DNA from: an uncultured Clostridia bacterium
GTDB lineage: Bacteria; Bacillota; Clostridia; UMGS1810
Assembly (NCBI GenBank): GCA_905210855.1
Contig: CAJLYL010000001.1
Coordinates: 1,641 to 65,640, forward strand
Direction of reading: 5' to 3'
Length of the DNA stretch: 64,000 nucleotides
The first letter of the stretch is position 1. Every line of letters starts with the position of its first letter. The notes beneath the pieces were generated by a model. The model was given only the letters and a program-made list of their open reading frames with translations, searched no databases and was not told the DNA's origin. Below are positions 17,738-26,964 of this stretch, piece after piece. The position numbers were made by a program, and so were the translations under genes.

Positions 17738-19117
17738 TTGGTGGAGATTAAAATTAACGATACATTGCAGCTTTATATAACGGACATGACGGTAAACGGC
17801 GACGGCATAGGCAAGACAGAGGACGGCTATCCGCTGTTTGTCGGCGGCGCGGTGCCGGGCGATACCGTGCGTGCACGGGTAACCAAGCTTAACAAGACCT
17901 ACGGCTTTGCGCGGCTTGAGAAAACGGAAATCCCGTCCGAACACAGGGTAAATCCGCCGTGTCCGCACTTCGGAAAATGCGGCGGCTGCTCGATAATGCA
18001 CACGGATTACCCGTCGCAGCTTGAGATAAAGAAAAGTCTTGTCGTATCAAACCTTGCAAAAATCGGCGGATATGCCGAGGGCACATACGGTTTTGAGGGG
18101 ATAATCGGCGCGGACAAAATTTTCGGTTACAGAAACAAAGCGCAGTTCCCCGTGAGAATGAATGCGGAAAACGGCAAAGCAGAGTGCGGATTTTATGCAA
18201 AATCCAGTCACAGCCTTGTGCCCTGCACGGACTGTATGATTCAGGACGGGAGCATAAACAAAACCGCGCGTATAATAATCGGCTTTATAAACCGATATTC
18301 CCTAAGCGTGTATGATGAGAAAAAACACCACGGCACGGTGCGGCACATATATGTAAGGGTCGGCAGGGATGATTCGGTAATGGCGGCGATAGTCACCAAC
18401 AGCAGCCAAAGGACAGCACACGCGGACGAGCTTGCACAAATGCTGCTCGGCGAAGTAAACCTAAAAAGCCTTGTGCAGAACATAAACACATCAAAGGGAA
18501 ATGCAGTGCTCGGGCGTGAGAATCTTCTGCTTTGGGGAGACGGCAGCATAAACGCCGAAATCGGCAGCATAGAGTACATAATGTCGCCCAACAGCTTTTT
18601 TCAGGTGAATTATGAGCAGATGCACAAACTCTATGCAAAGGCCAAGGAATACGCGGCGCTTCGCGGTGTGGAAACACTGTTCGATTTGTATTGCGGAGTG
18701 GGCAGCATATCGCTGTTTATGGCGGACGCGGCGGCGAAGGTTATCGGGGTGGAGATAGTGGAGGCAGCAATAGATAACGCCAAGCTCAACGCCGCAAAAA
18801 ACGGCATAACAAATGCAAAATTCTTTTGCGGCGACTGCCCCGAGGTTGTATCAAAGCTTGTGGCGGACGGAGCACGTGCCGATGTCGTGATTGTTGATCC
18901 TCCGAGAAAAGGCTGCGACGAAAGAACCCTTAGGCTTATCGGCGAAATCTCGCCCGACAGGCTGGTCTATGTGTCGTGCAACAGCAGCACACTTGCGAGA
19001 GACGTTAAGATTATGCGCGGTTACGGCTATGAGATGAAAAAATGCTGCGCCGTTGACCTTTTTCCCCACAGTATGCACACAGAGGCGGTTTGCCAATTGG
19101 TGAAGGTGAGAAAATAA
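17738..19117 (+). CDS. rlmD: 23S rRNA (uracil-C5)-methyltransferase, RlmD/RumA type
   Basis: TRAM domain at the N-terminus, an Fe-S Cys cluster (CPHFGKCGGC), the SAM-MTase motif DLYCGVGSISL and a catalytic C-terminus (YVSCNSSTLARD). Confidence 0.9.
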   Translation: MVEIKINDTLQLYITDMTVNGDGIGKTEDGYPLFVGGAVPGDTVRARVTKLNKTYGFARLEKTEIPSEHRVNPPCPHFGKCGGCSIMHTDYPSQLEIKKSLVVSNLAKIGGYAEGTYGFEGIIGADKIFGYRNKAQFPVRMNAENGKAECGFYAKSSHSLVPCTDCMIQDGSINKTARIIIGFINRYSLSVYDEKKHHGTVRHIYVRVGRDDSVMAAIVTNSSQRTAHADELAQMLLGEVNLKSLVQNINTSKGNAVLGRENLLLWGDGSINAEIGSIEYIMSPNSFFQVNYEQMHKLYAKAKEYAALRGVETLFDLYCGVGSISLFMADAAAKVIGVEIVEAAIDNAKLNAAKNGITNAKFFCGDCPEVVSKLVADGARADVVIVDPPRKGCDERTLRLIGEISPDRLVYVSCNSSTLARDVKIMRGYGYEMKKCCAVDLFPHSMHTEAVCQLVKVRK

Positions 19118-19244
19118 AGCCGGTAAGCCGTGCGCGCGTGTGAAATCCGGGTCTTGTCAGGGCACGTCACACCTCATGCCTCGGGGAGGTTTGCCGCAGG
19201 ACGATTATCGGCCTGCGGTGCAAAATAATATTGAGTGCGGACAC

Positions 19245-19273
19245 TTGATTTTCTGATAAAAATCATTTATAAT
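19245..19273 (+). promoter_or_regulatory. Candidate sigma-A promoter for the amidase gene
   Basis: TTGATT (19245-19250), a 17-nt spacer, then TATAAT (19268-19273), about 40 nt upstream of the ATG at 19315. Confidence 0.5.
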
Positions 19274-19314
19274 ATAGTCATTGCAATATATAATAATAAC
19301 GGAAGGATATACGG

Positions 19315-20766
19315 ATGAAAAAGATAATTTTTGCACTTCTTATCATCGTGCCGCTCCTGATTGTGACAGCCGCATATGCCGACTTCGGAATAAGACTTTA
19401 TATAAACGGAAATGAAATACAAAGCGATGTGCCGCCAATGATAATAAACGACCGCACAATGGTTCCGGCGAGGGTGGTTTTTGAAAACTTAAATGCCGCC
19501 GTAGACTGGAACTCCGACACAAGGCAGGTCACGGTGAAAAGTGACGGCGGAACAAACATAGTGCTGACGATAGGCGAAAAACAGGCGACGGTCGGCGGCA
19601 AAACGGTGACTATGGACGTTGCCCCCATGATACTCTCCGACAGAACCATGCTGCCGATTCGTTTTGTGTCCGAAAACTTGGGTTACGATGTCGATTGGAA
19701 TCCGACATCGAAATCAGTGTACATAAGCGAGCCGCAGCCGAGGTATACAAACGAGATTAAATCGGTAGATATAAACGACGGAGAAAACAGCAGCTCTGTG
19801 GTGATAAAGCTTGCTTCTGCGGCAAATCCGCAGGTGATGACCCTGGAGTCGCCGTACCGCATAGTGCTCGATTTTGCTGCGGCAAGCATAAACGGCAGAG
19901 ACACCGACAAAACGGTGGACGGAGTGTACATCTCGAAGCTGCGTTGGGCGCTGCACGACGATTACTCCAGAATTGTGATAGAGCCAAACGGCAACAGGGA
20001 ATATGAGATAACCGGCAGCGGAACCGACAGCATAACGGTGAGAGTAAGCGGCGGAACGGCGGACGCGGTCACTCCGTCAAAGCCGGACGAAAAGCCGCCT
20101 GCGGAAAATCCGGGCACAAATACCGGCACGGCAATTCCCGTGACGGGTGAATATATCGTAGCGATAGACGCCGGACACGGCGGCAAGGATGTCGGTGCAA
20201 TAGCCAAGGACGAAAACGGCGATACCATAACGGATTCAAACGGCAACCCGATACTCACGGAGAAAACCGTGAATCTGTATATCGCGCGAAAAATCCGCGA
20301 CAACCTTGTTGCAAAGAATGTTAAAGTAATAATGACGCGTGATGACGACACATTTGTCGGCACAAATATGGAAAATCTGCTTGCACGTGCAGAGATGGCA
20401 AACAACGGCGGAGCGCAGCTGTTTGTCAGTGTGCACAACAACTCGGCGGCAAGCCCCAATGCTACGGGCACGGAGATTTGCTATACCTCGCAGAGCACGG
20501 GAGCGAGTGGAATAACGAGCAGGGAGCTTGCACAGAATATTCTCGAACCTCTTGTTAATGCCACGGGACTTGCAAACAGAGGATTGGTGGACAGACCGAA
20601 TCTGGTAGTGCTCAAGTACACGTCTATGCCGGCGGTGCTGCTCGAATGCGGATTTGTCAGCTGCGCGAAAGACCGCGAGGTGCTCATGAGCACAGCAAAG
20701 CTCGATGAGATTGCAGCTGCCGTGGCGGACGCGATTGTGGTGAGCCTGGGGAAACTGAAACGCTGA
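19315..20766 (+). CDS. N-acetylmuramoyl-L-alanine amidase (Amidase_3) with a copper-amine-oxidase-N-like domain and an AMIN-like domain
   Basis: Signal peptide. DRTMVPARVVFENLNAAVDWN and DRTMLPIRFVSENLGYDVDWN repeats. Catalytic part IVAIDAGHGGKDVGA...LFVSVHNNS...LLECGF. Confidence 0.9.
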   Translation: MKKIIFALLIIVPLLIVTAAYADFGIRLYINGNEIQSDVPPMIINDRTMVPARVVFENLNAAVDWNSDTRQVTVKSDGGTNIVLTIGEKQATVGGKTVTMDVAPMILSDRTMLPIRFVSENLGYDVDWNPTSKSVYISEPQPRYTNEIKSVDINDGENSSSVVIKLASAANPQVMTLESPYRIVLDFAAASINGRDTDKTVDGVYISKLRWALHDDYSRIVIEPNGNREYEITGSGTDSITVRVSGGTADAVTPSKPDEKPPAENPGTNTGTAIPVTGEYIVAIDAGHGGKDVGAIAKDENGDTITDSNGNPILTEKTVNLYIARKIRDNLVAKNVKVIMTRDDDTFVGTNMENLLARAEMANNGGAQLFVSVHNNSAASPNATGTEICYTSQSTGASGITSRELAQNILEPLVNATGLANRGLVDRPNLVVLKYTSMPAVLLECGFVSCAKDREVLMSTAKLDEIAAAVADAIVVSLGKLKR

Positions 20767-20879
20767 TTCATAATGCATAATTCATAATTGCGGGGCAAAT
20801 TAACATTTAACCGTAGGGAATGGTAAGTGACAGTTCCGTGCCGACGCTTGATTAACAAAAAATTGCCGGGAGGCACGAA

Positions 20880-21419
20880 ATGGCAAGACGAAAAAATACA
20901 AACAGAGATAATGCGGATAAGGAAATAAAGGGAGTAAGCATAAATGCAATTAACCTTGCATTTGTGTTTGTTGTCATACTTTTTTCGGCGGCAACCATGT
21001 TCAATAATTATGCCGTGCAGCAAAAACACATGAGGTCGTTTAATCTGCAAAAAGCGCTCATTGCGTGCAGTGACGCCGCAAACGCCCTAAAGGACGAATC
21101 CGACAGTCTTACGCTGTGTATAAATACATACCTTGAGACGATCTCTGCCGACGATATGAACGAGTATTACTCCATAATAGACAATCATCTGCGCGAACTC
21201 GAGGTGCAGCGTGCGGAGAAGTTCAATGTGGACTGCACCACACTCAGACAGGCACTTGATCTTTCAAACGAGCTTGCCGGGCATGAGACTCATGCATTTG
21301 CACTGGTGGCGACGGCAACGGGCACCATAGCCGATACGCCGGAACAGGTGAGGGAATATAAGCTTACCGATGATGAAAAAGCACTTACCGCCGATGAAAA
21401 AAATCAGGCTTGCTCATGA
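20880..21419 (+). CDS. N-terminal (TM + helical sensor/linker) part of a disrupted diguanylate cyclase gene
   Basis: One TM helix (INLAFVFVVILFSAATMF) followed by a helical region. It ends in TGA at 21417-21419, 14 nt after an A7 run (21397-21403). The GGDEF domain follows in another frame. Confidence 0.5.
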   Translation: MARRKNTNRDNADKEIKGVSINAINLAFVFVVILFSAATMFNNYAVQQKHMRSFNLQKALIACSDAANALKDESDSLTLCINTYLETISADDMNEYYSIIDNHLRELEVQRAEKFNVDCTTLRQALDLSNELAGHETHAFALVATATGTIADTPEQVREYKLTDDEKALTADEKNQACS

Positions 21420-21901
21420 TATTATACACAGCGAGGAATACAATAATTATAAAAAGAGGATATACGCAAGGAGTGTTTGTGTTCCTTGATGTGGACGATT
21501 TTAAGACCATAAACGACACTTACGGTCACGATGCCGGTGACGCGGTGCTGCGTCAGCTTGCGGATGTTATAGCCGAAGTGTTCGGCGGCGAAGCTTTCAT
21601 AGGTCGTTTCGGCGGCGACGAGTTTGCGGTGTGGATTGATGACGCATCGGTTCATGATGAGAGTTACATCAAGGTGAAGATAAGAGAAATCAACGCGGCG
21701 TTCACCCATGACGGCAAGCGCCCGATGAGGATAACCGTGAGCGCGGGTGCGGCGATGTGCTGCTGCGGCGACAAGTATGCCGATGTCATAAAGGCGGCGG
21801 ACAATGCTCTCTACGAGGTGAAAAATCACGGAAAGAGCGCCTGTCTGGTCTGTCGTGTCTCCGACAGTGTGCGTATTCAAAACAAAGAGGTAGCAAAATG
21901 A
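21410..21901 (+). CDS. GGDEF domain fragment (diguanylate cyclase catalytic domain, N-terminally short)
   Basis: VFVFLDVDDFKTINDTYGHDAGDAVLRQLA...GRFGGDEFAVWI...SAGAA...ADNALYEVKNHGK. The usual D.LTGL.NR helix ahead of the first strand is missing. The frame differs from that of 20880..21419. Confidence 0.75.
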   Translation: MLMILYTARNTIIIKRGYTQGVFVFLDVDDFKTINDTYGHDAGDAVLRQLADVIAEVFGGEAFIGRFGGDEFAVWIDDASVHDESYIKVKIREINAAFTHDGKRPMRITVSAGAAMCCCGDKYADVIKAADNALYEVKNHGKSACLVCRVSDSVRIQNKEVAK

Positions 21902-22818
21902 ACATATTGCACTTGAAATATGCGGTGGAAGTCGCAAACACCGGTTCAATAAACAAAGCGGCGGAAAATCTGTATATGAATCAGCCAAACTTAAGCCGCG
22001 CCATAAAGGAGCTTGAGGATTCGCTCGGGGTGACGGTGTTCGAGCGCACATCAAAGGGCATGAAGGTCACGCCCGACGGCGAGGAATTTCTCGGCTATGC
22101 GCGCAAGATACTCAAGCAGATAGATGAGGTGGAGGCAATCTACCGCCACGGCAGGAGCGACAAGCAGAGATTTTCCATATCAGTGCCGCGCGCGTGTTAC
22201 ATCTCGGACGCTTTTGCAAGGTTCACAAAAGAAGTTAAGGGCGAGTCTATGGAACTGTTCTACAAAGAGACTAACTCCATGCGCGCAATAAACAACATAC
22301 TCCACGCGGACTACAAGCTCGGCATAATCCGCTATGCGTCCAATTATGACAGGTATTTTAAAAATATGCTTGACGAAAAGGGACTTGCGTATGAAATGAT
22401 TACCGAATTTCGCTATGTACTTGTGATGAGCGCACATCACGCCCTGGCGGACAGGGAGCAGGTGAAAATGGCGGATCTGGAGCCGTATATAGAGATTGCC
22501 CACGCCGATCCGTATGTGCCGAGCCTGTCTTTCTCGGCGGTGAAAAAGGAAGAGCTGCCGGACAACATACACAGGCGGATATTTGTGTTTGAGAGGGCAA
22601 GCCAGTTTGAACTGCTCAGCTCCAACACGGACACCTTTATGTGGGTGTCGCCCGTGCCCAACCGTCTGCTCGACCGCTACGGATTGGTGGAAAAACGCTG
22701 CGACGAAAACAAAAAAACATATAAAGATGTGCTGATATATCGCAAGGATTACAGGCTATCGAAGCTTGATGATTTGTTCATTACCGAGCTGTGCAGCTCA
22801 AAAAGGAAATATATTTGA
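21898..22818 (+). CDS. LysR-family transcriptional regulator
   Basis: The start was moved to MNILHLKYAVEVANTGSINKAAENLYMNQPNLSRAIKELEDSLGVTVFERT (ATG 21898, overlapping the upstream stop as ATGA). This is a typical LysR HTH plus substrate-binding domain. Confidence 0.85.
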   Translation: MNILHLKYAVEVANTGSINKAAENLYMNQPNLSRAIKELEDSLGVTVFERTSKGMKVTPDGEEFLGYARKILKQIDEVEAIYRHGRSDKQRFSISVPRACYISDAFARFTKEVKGESMELFYKETNSMRAINNILHADYKLGIIRYASNYDRYFKNMLDEKGLAYEMITEFRYVLVMSAHHALADREQVKMADLEPYIEIAHADPYVPSLSFSAVKKEELPDNIHRRIFVFERASQFELLSSNTDTFMWVSPVPNRLLDRYGLVEKRCDENKKTYKDVLIYRKDYRLSKLDDLFITELCSSKRKYI

Positions 22819-22929
22819 ATTTATTGCACAAAATAATGTTTGAAACCGAGTTAGCAGCAGTCGGAAATGGATATATCGTCAATGACATATCGGTATATAT
22901 ATTTTACATTTCCCGACAGCTCAAAAGTG

Positions 22930-22945
22930 TGTTAAAATTTTAACA
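22930..22945. promoter_or_regulatory. Rex-type (redox repressor) operator candidate upstream of adhE
   Basis: Perfect 16-bp palindrome TGTTAAAATTTTAACA, matching the clostridial Rex box TTGTTAA-N4-TTAACAA. It lies 24 nt upstream of the adhE ATG. Confidence 0.6.
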
Positions 22946-22969
22946 AACAAAGCGAAAGGGGAAACATTT

Positions 22970-25651
22970 ATGGATAAGATTTATGTAGACAGCGTTGAGA
23001 AGCTGGAAGAAGCTCTCGCGCGCACAAGAGAAGCACAGAAAAAATTTGCAACATTTACTCAGGAGCAGGTAGACAAGATTTTCTTGGCAGCTGCCTCTGC
23101 GGCAAACAAAATGCGTATCCCGCTTGCTAAACAGGCTGTTGAAGAAACAGGCATGGGAGTTGTGGAAGATAAGGTTATCAAGAACAACTACGCTGCCGAA
23201 TATATTTACAATGCATACAAAGATGTTAAGACCTGCGGCGTGTTGGAAGAAGACAAGGCTTACGGCGTGACCAAAATCGCAGAGCCTGTCGGCATTGTTG
23301 CGGCGGTTATCCCGACCACAAACCCGACTTCGACCGCAATATTCAAGACCCTCATCTGCCTTAAGACAAGAAACGGCATCATCATCAGCCCCCATCCGAG
23401 AGCAAAGCTCTCCACCATCGCGGCTGCGAAGGTCGTTCTTGACGCGGCTGTCGCTGCGGGTGCACCCGAGGACATCATCGGCTGGATAGATGTGCCCAGC
23501 CTTGATATGACAAACCTTCTTATGAAAGAGGCTGATCTCATACTCGCAACGGGAGGTCCCGGCATGGTTAAGGCTGCATATTCCAGCGGAAAACCTGCTG
23601 TGGGCGTTGGCGCCGGCAACACTCCGGCAATCATAGACGAGTCTGCCGACATCATACTGGCGGTGAACTCGATTATTCACTCAAAGACATTTGACAACGG
23701 CATGATCTGCGCGTCCGAGCAGTCCGTCATCGTCCACAAGAATGTGTACGACGCGGCAAAGGCTGAGTTTGCAAAACGCGGCTGCTATTTCCTCGACCCC
23801 GAGGAGACCGAGAAGGTGCGCAAGACCATTATCATAAACGGTGCGCTCAATGCGAAGATAGTAGGACAGAAGGCGCACACAATAGCTGCACTTGCAGGCG
23901 TGGATGTGCCCGAGGGCACCAAGATCCTCATCGGTGAAGTAGAGTCGGTTGACCTCTCCGAGGAGTTTGCACACGAGAAACTCTCTCCGGTGCTCGCAAT
24001 GTACAAGGCGCAGGATCTTGAGGACGCTTTTGCCAAGGCAGAGCACCTCATCGCAGACGGCGGCTACGGTCACACATCGTCAATATATCTCGACGCCGTA
24101 AACGACAGAGAAAAGATAAAAAAATTCGAGGCGCGCATGAAGACTTGCAGAATCCTCGTGAATACTCCCTCATCTCAGGGCGGTATCGGCGACCTTTACA
24201 ACTTCAAGCTCAGACCGTCTCTCACACTCGGCTGCGGCTCATGGGGCGGCAACTCCGTCAGCGAGAATGTCGGCGTAAAGCACCTTATAAACATCAAAAC
24301 TGTTGCCGAGAGGAGAGAGAATATGTTGTGGTTCAGAGCACCTGAAAAGGTATATTTGAAAAAAGGTTGTCTGCCGGTTGCACTTACCGAGCTTAAGACA
24401 GTCATGGGCAAGAAGAAAGCTTTCATCGTTACGGACAGCTTCCTTTATCACAACGGTTACACCAAGCCGATTACAGATAAGCTTGACGAAATGGGCATAG
24501 CGCACACCACATTCTTTGATGTTGCCCCTGACCCGACGCTTGCCTGCGCAAAAGAGGGTGCAAAGCAGATGAGAGACTTCGAGCCTGACTGCATCATAGC
24601 ACTCGGCGGCGGCTCCGCAATGGACGCCGGCAAGATTATGTGGGTTCTCTATGAGCACCCCGAGGCAGACTTTATGGATATGGCTATGCGCTTTATGGAT
24701 ATCAGAAAGAGAGTATACACCTTCCCGAAGATGGGCGAGAAAGCTTACTTCATAGCTATCCCGACATCAGCAGGTACAGGTTCCGAGGTTACTCCGTTTG
24801 CGGTTATCACGGACGAAAAGACGGGTGTTAAATATCCGCTGGCAGACTATGAGCTGATGCCGAAGATGGCTATTGTGGACGCAGATTTCCATATGTCCGC
24901 TCCTAAGGGCCTCACTTCTGCATCCGGTATTGACGCGGTATCCCACGCACTTGAGGCTTATGCTGCAATGCTCGCAACAGACTTTACAGACGGCCTTGCG
25001 CTCAAGGCTCTCAAGATTATATTTGAATATCTCCCCCGTGCATACGACAACGGACAGAATGACCCTGTTGCACGTGAGAAGATGGCAAACGCAGCTACAA
25101 TGGCAGGTATGGCATTTGCAAATGCATTCCTGGGAGTATGCCACTCTATGGCACACAAACTCGGCGCATTCCACCATCTGCCGCACGGCGTAGCAAATGC
25201 GCTCATGCTTGAAGAGGTGCTTCGTTTCAACGCGAGCGAGACTCCGGCAAAAATGGGTACTTTTCCGCAGTATGACCATCCGCACACCCTGGCACGCTAT
25301 GCCGAGGTTGCAGATTATCTCGGTCTCGGCGGCAACACCGATGAGGAGAAACTCGAGAACCTCATCAAAGCTGTCAACGACCTTAAGGCAAGAGTCGGCA
25401 TAAAGCCCACCATCAAGGACTACGGCATTGACGAAAAAGATTTCCTCGACAGACTGGACGACATGGTTGAGCAGGCATTTGACGACCAGTGCACGGGCGC
25501 TAACCCGAGATATCCGCTCATGAGCGAGATAAAGCAGATGTATCTGAATGCTTATTACGGCGGAAAACACTTTGCCGAGGCGGATTTGCCCGGAAGTGAA
25601 AAGAAAGCAGCAAGCCGCACAACAAAAGGCGGAAAAAATAAAAAGAACTAA
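22970..25651 (+). CDS. adhE: Bifunctional acetaldehyde-CoA / alcohol dehydrogenase
   Basis: 893 aa. N-terminal ALDH part (VIPTTNPTST, FDNGMICASEQS) fused to an iron-type ADH part (GGGSAMDAGK, AICHSMAHKLG-like motif VCHSMAHKLG). Confidence 0.97.
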   Translation: MDKIYVDSVEKLEEALARTREAQKKFATFTQEQVDKIFLAAASAANKMRIPLAKQAVEETGMGVVEDKVIKNNYAAEYIYNAYKDVKTCGVLEEDKAYGVTKIAEPVGIVAAVIPTTNPTSTAIFKTLICLKTRNGIIISPHPRAKLSTIAAAKVVLDAAVAAGAPEDIIGWIDVPSLDMTNLLMKEADLILATGGPGMVKAAYSSGKPAVGVGAGNTPAIIDESADIILAVNSIIHSKTFDNGMICASEQSVIVHKNVYDAAKAEFAKRGCYFLDPEETEKVRKTIIINGALNAKIVGQKAHTIAALAGVDVPEGTKILIGEVESVDLSEEFAHEKLSPVLAMYKAQDLEDAFAKAEHLIADGGYGHTSSIYLDAVNDREKIKKFEARMKTCRILVNTPSSQGGIGDLYNFKLRPSLTLGCGSWGGNSVSENVGVKHLINIKTVAERRENMLWFRAPEKVYLKKGCLPVALTELKTVMGKKKAFIVTDSFLYHNGYTKPITDKLDEMGIAHTTFFDVAPDPTLACAKEGAKQMRDFEPDCIIALGGGSAMDAGKIMWVLYEHPEADFMDMAMRFMDIRKRVYTFPKMGEKAYFIAIPTSAGTGSEVTPFAVITDEKTGVKYPLADYELMPKMAIVDADFHMSAPKGLTSASGIDAVSHALEAYAAMLATDFTDGLALKALKIIFEYLPRAYDNGQNDPVAREKMANAATMAGMAFANAFLGVCHSMAHKLGAFHHLPHGVANALMLEEVLRFNASETPAKMGTFPQYDHPHTLARYAEVADYLGLGGNTDEEKLENLIKAVNDLKARVGIKPTIKDYGIDEKDFLDRLDDMVEQAFDDQCTGANPRYPLMSEIKQMYLNAYYGGKHFAEADLPGSEKKAASRTTKGGKNKKN

Positions 25652-25669
25652 TATAAGGAGGCAGCGGGT

Positions 25670-26419
25670 ATGAAACTGGATAAGGTAATTGCAGTAAGAA
25701 ATTCCAAGACGGTTTATCGTGACGGCGACCTTTGTGTAAAGGTATTTGATGAGGATTTCTCAAAAGCCGATGTTCTCAACGAGGCGCTTAACCAGGCGCG
25801 CATTGAGGAAACGGGACTTAATATACCTAAGGTTCACGAGGTTATGACGATTGACGGCAAGTGGGCGATAGTGTCCGACTATATCAAGGGCAAGACGCTT
25901 GCACAGCTCATGGAGGAGCACCCCGAAAAGAAAGACGAGTATATCGAACAGCTGGTTGACCTTCAGCTTGAGGTGAACTCCAAGGAGTGCCCCTTGCTCA
26001 ACAAGCTGCGCGACAAGATGCAGACTAAAATCAGTCAGACGCAGCTCGACGCCACCACGAGATATGAGTTGCACACAAGGCTTAACGGAATGCCCAAGCA
26101 CAACAAGGTATGCCACGGCGATTTCAACCCGAGCAATATCATCATTACCGATGACGGCAAGGCGTTCATCATCGACTGGTCACACGCTACGCAGGGCAAT
26201 GCGTCCGCAGACGCAGCGAGAACTTATCTGCTGTTCTGGCTCGACGGCGATATAGACGGTGCCAAGAAATATCTTGACCTCTTCTGCCAAAAGAGCAACA
26301 CCGCAAAGCAGTATGTGCAGAAATGGATGCCGATTGTTGCGGCGTCGCAGTCAGTCAAGGGCAATGACAAGGAGAAAGAGTTCCTGCTTTCCTGGGTTGA
26401 TGTCGTGGACTATGAGTAA
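25670..26419 (+). CDS. Protein-kinase-fold phosphotransferase (APH / choline-kinase-like family)
   Basis: 249 aa with the catalytic loop VCHGDFNPSNIIITDDGKAFIIDWSHA. It starts 19 nt after adhE, so it is probably co-transcribed. Confidence 0.8.
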   Translation: MKLDKVIAVRNSKTVYRDGDLCVKVFDEDFSKADVLNEALNQARIEETGLNIPKVHEVMTIDGKWAIVSDYIKGKTLAQLMEEHPEKKDEYIEQLVDLQLEVNSKECPLLNKLRDKMQTKISQTQLDATTRYELHTRLNGMPKHNKVCHGDFNPSNIIITDDGKAFIIDWSHATQGNASADAARTYLLFWLDGDIDGAKKYLDLFCQKSNTAKQYVQKWMPIVAASQSVKGNDKEKEFLLSWVDVVDYE

Positions 26420-26709
26420 TGCGGAATTATGAATAATGCTGAATTCGGAATGCGGAATTCGGAATGACGGAAAGCCTCCCTTGCCCTAAAGGGAGGTGCC
26501 GCCATATTGGCACATGAATCCCCCGGTCAGTGCGTAGGGGCGGGGTTCTACTCCGCCCGATTGGTGCGAAATTGACAAAACACGGGCAGAGCAAAGCCCT
26601 GCCCTACGACGGTTGGGCGGTAGAAATGTGTGATTAATGAATGGTTGCGCGCAAAATAATAAATGAATAATGAATTGCACCTAAAGGTGCATTAAAAAGG
26701 AGATTTGTC
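26420..26709. repeat. Intergenic mosaic of short GC-rich hairpin modules and AATG/CATT-rich motifs
   Basis: Contains cctccctt-gcccta-aagggagg, gtgcc...ggcac, cgtagggg-cgggg...ccgccc, and an inverted cgtaggg-cagggc...ctgccc. Related modules recur at 20766-20860 and 54223-54358. A tgcacc-taaa-ggtgca dyad (26676-26691) sits just before the RBS. Confidence 0.7.
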
Positions 26710-26952
26710 ATGAAAATAACTGTATGTATCGGCAGCTCATGTCACATCAAGGGTTCACGGCAGATTGTAGAGCAGCTCCAGCACTTCATTTCGGAAAACG
26801 GACTTAAAGATAAGGTCGAACTCGGCGGAACATTCTGCATGGGCAGATGTCAGGACGGCGTCTGTCTCACTCTCGACGACAAGTTTTTCTCCGTTACGCC
26901 CGAGACGATAAAGGACTTTTTCGAGGAAAATGTCCTCAAGGCTCTTGCCTGA
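26710..26952 (+). CDS. Thioredoxin-like [2Fe-2S] ferredoxin (hfsA-like first gene of the sensory hydrogenase operon)
   Basis: 80 aa. The Cys pattern C6-x4-C11...C43-x3-C47 is of the NuoE/HndA type. Good RBS (AAAGGAG). Confidence 0.7.
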   Translation: MKITVCIGSSCHIKGSRQIVEQLQHFISENGLKDKVELGGTFCMGRCQDGVCLTLDDKFFSVTPETIKDFFEENVLKALA

Positions 26953-26964
26953 TTCGGAAAGGAT

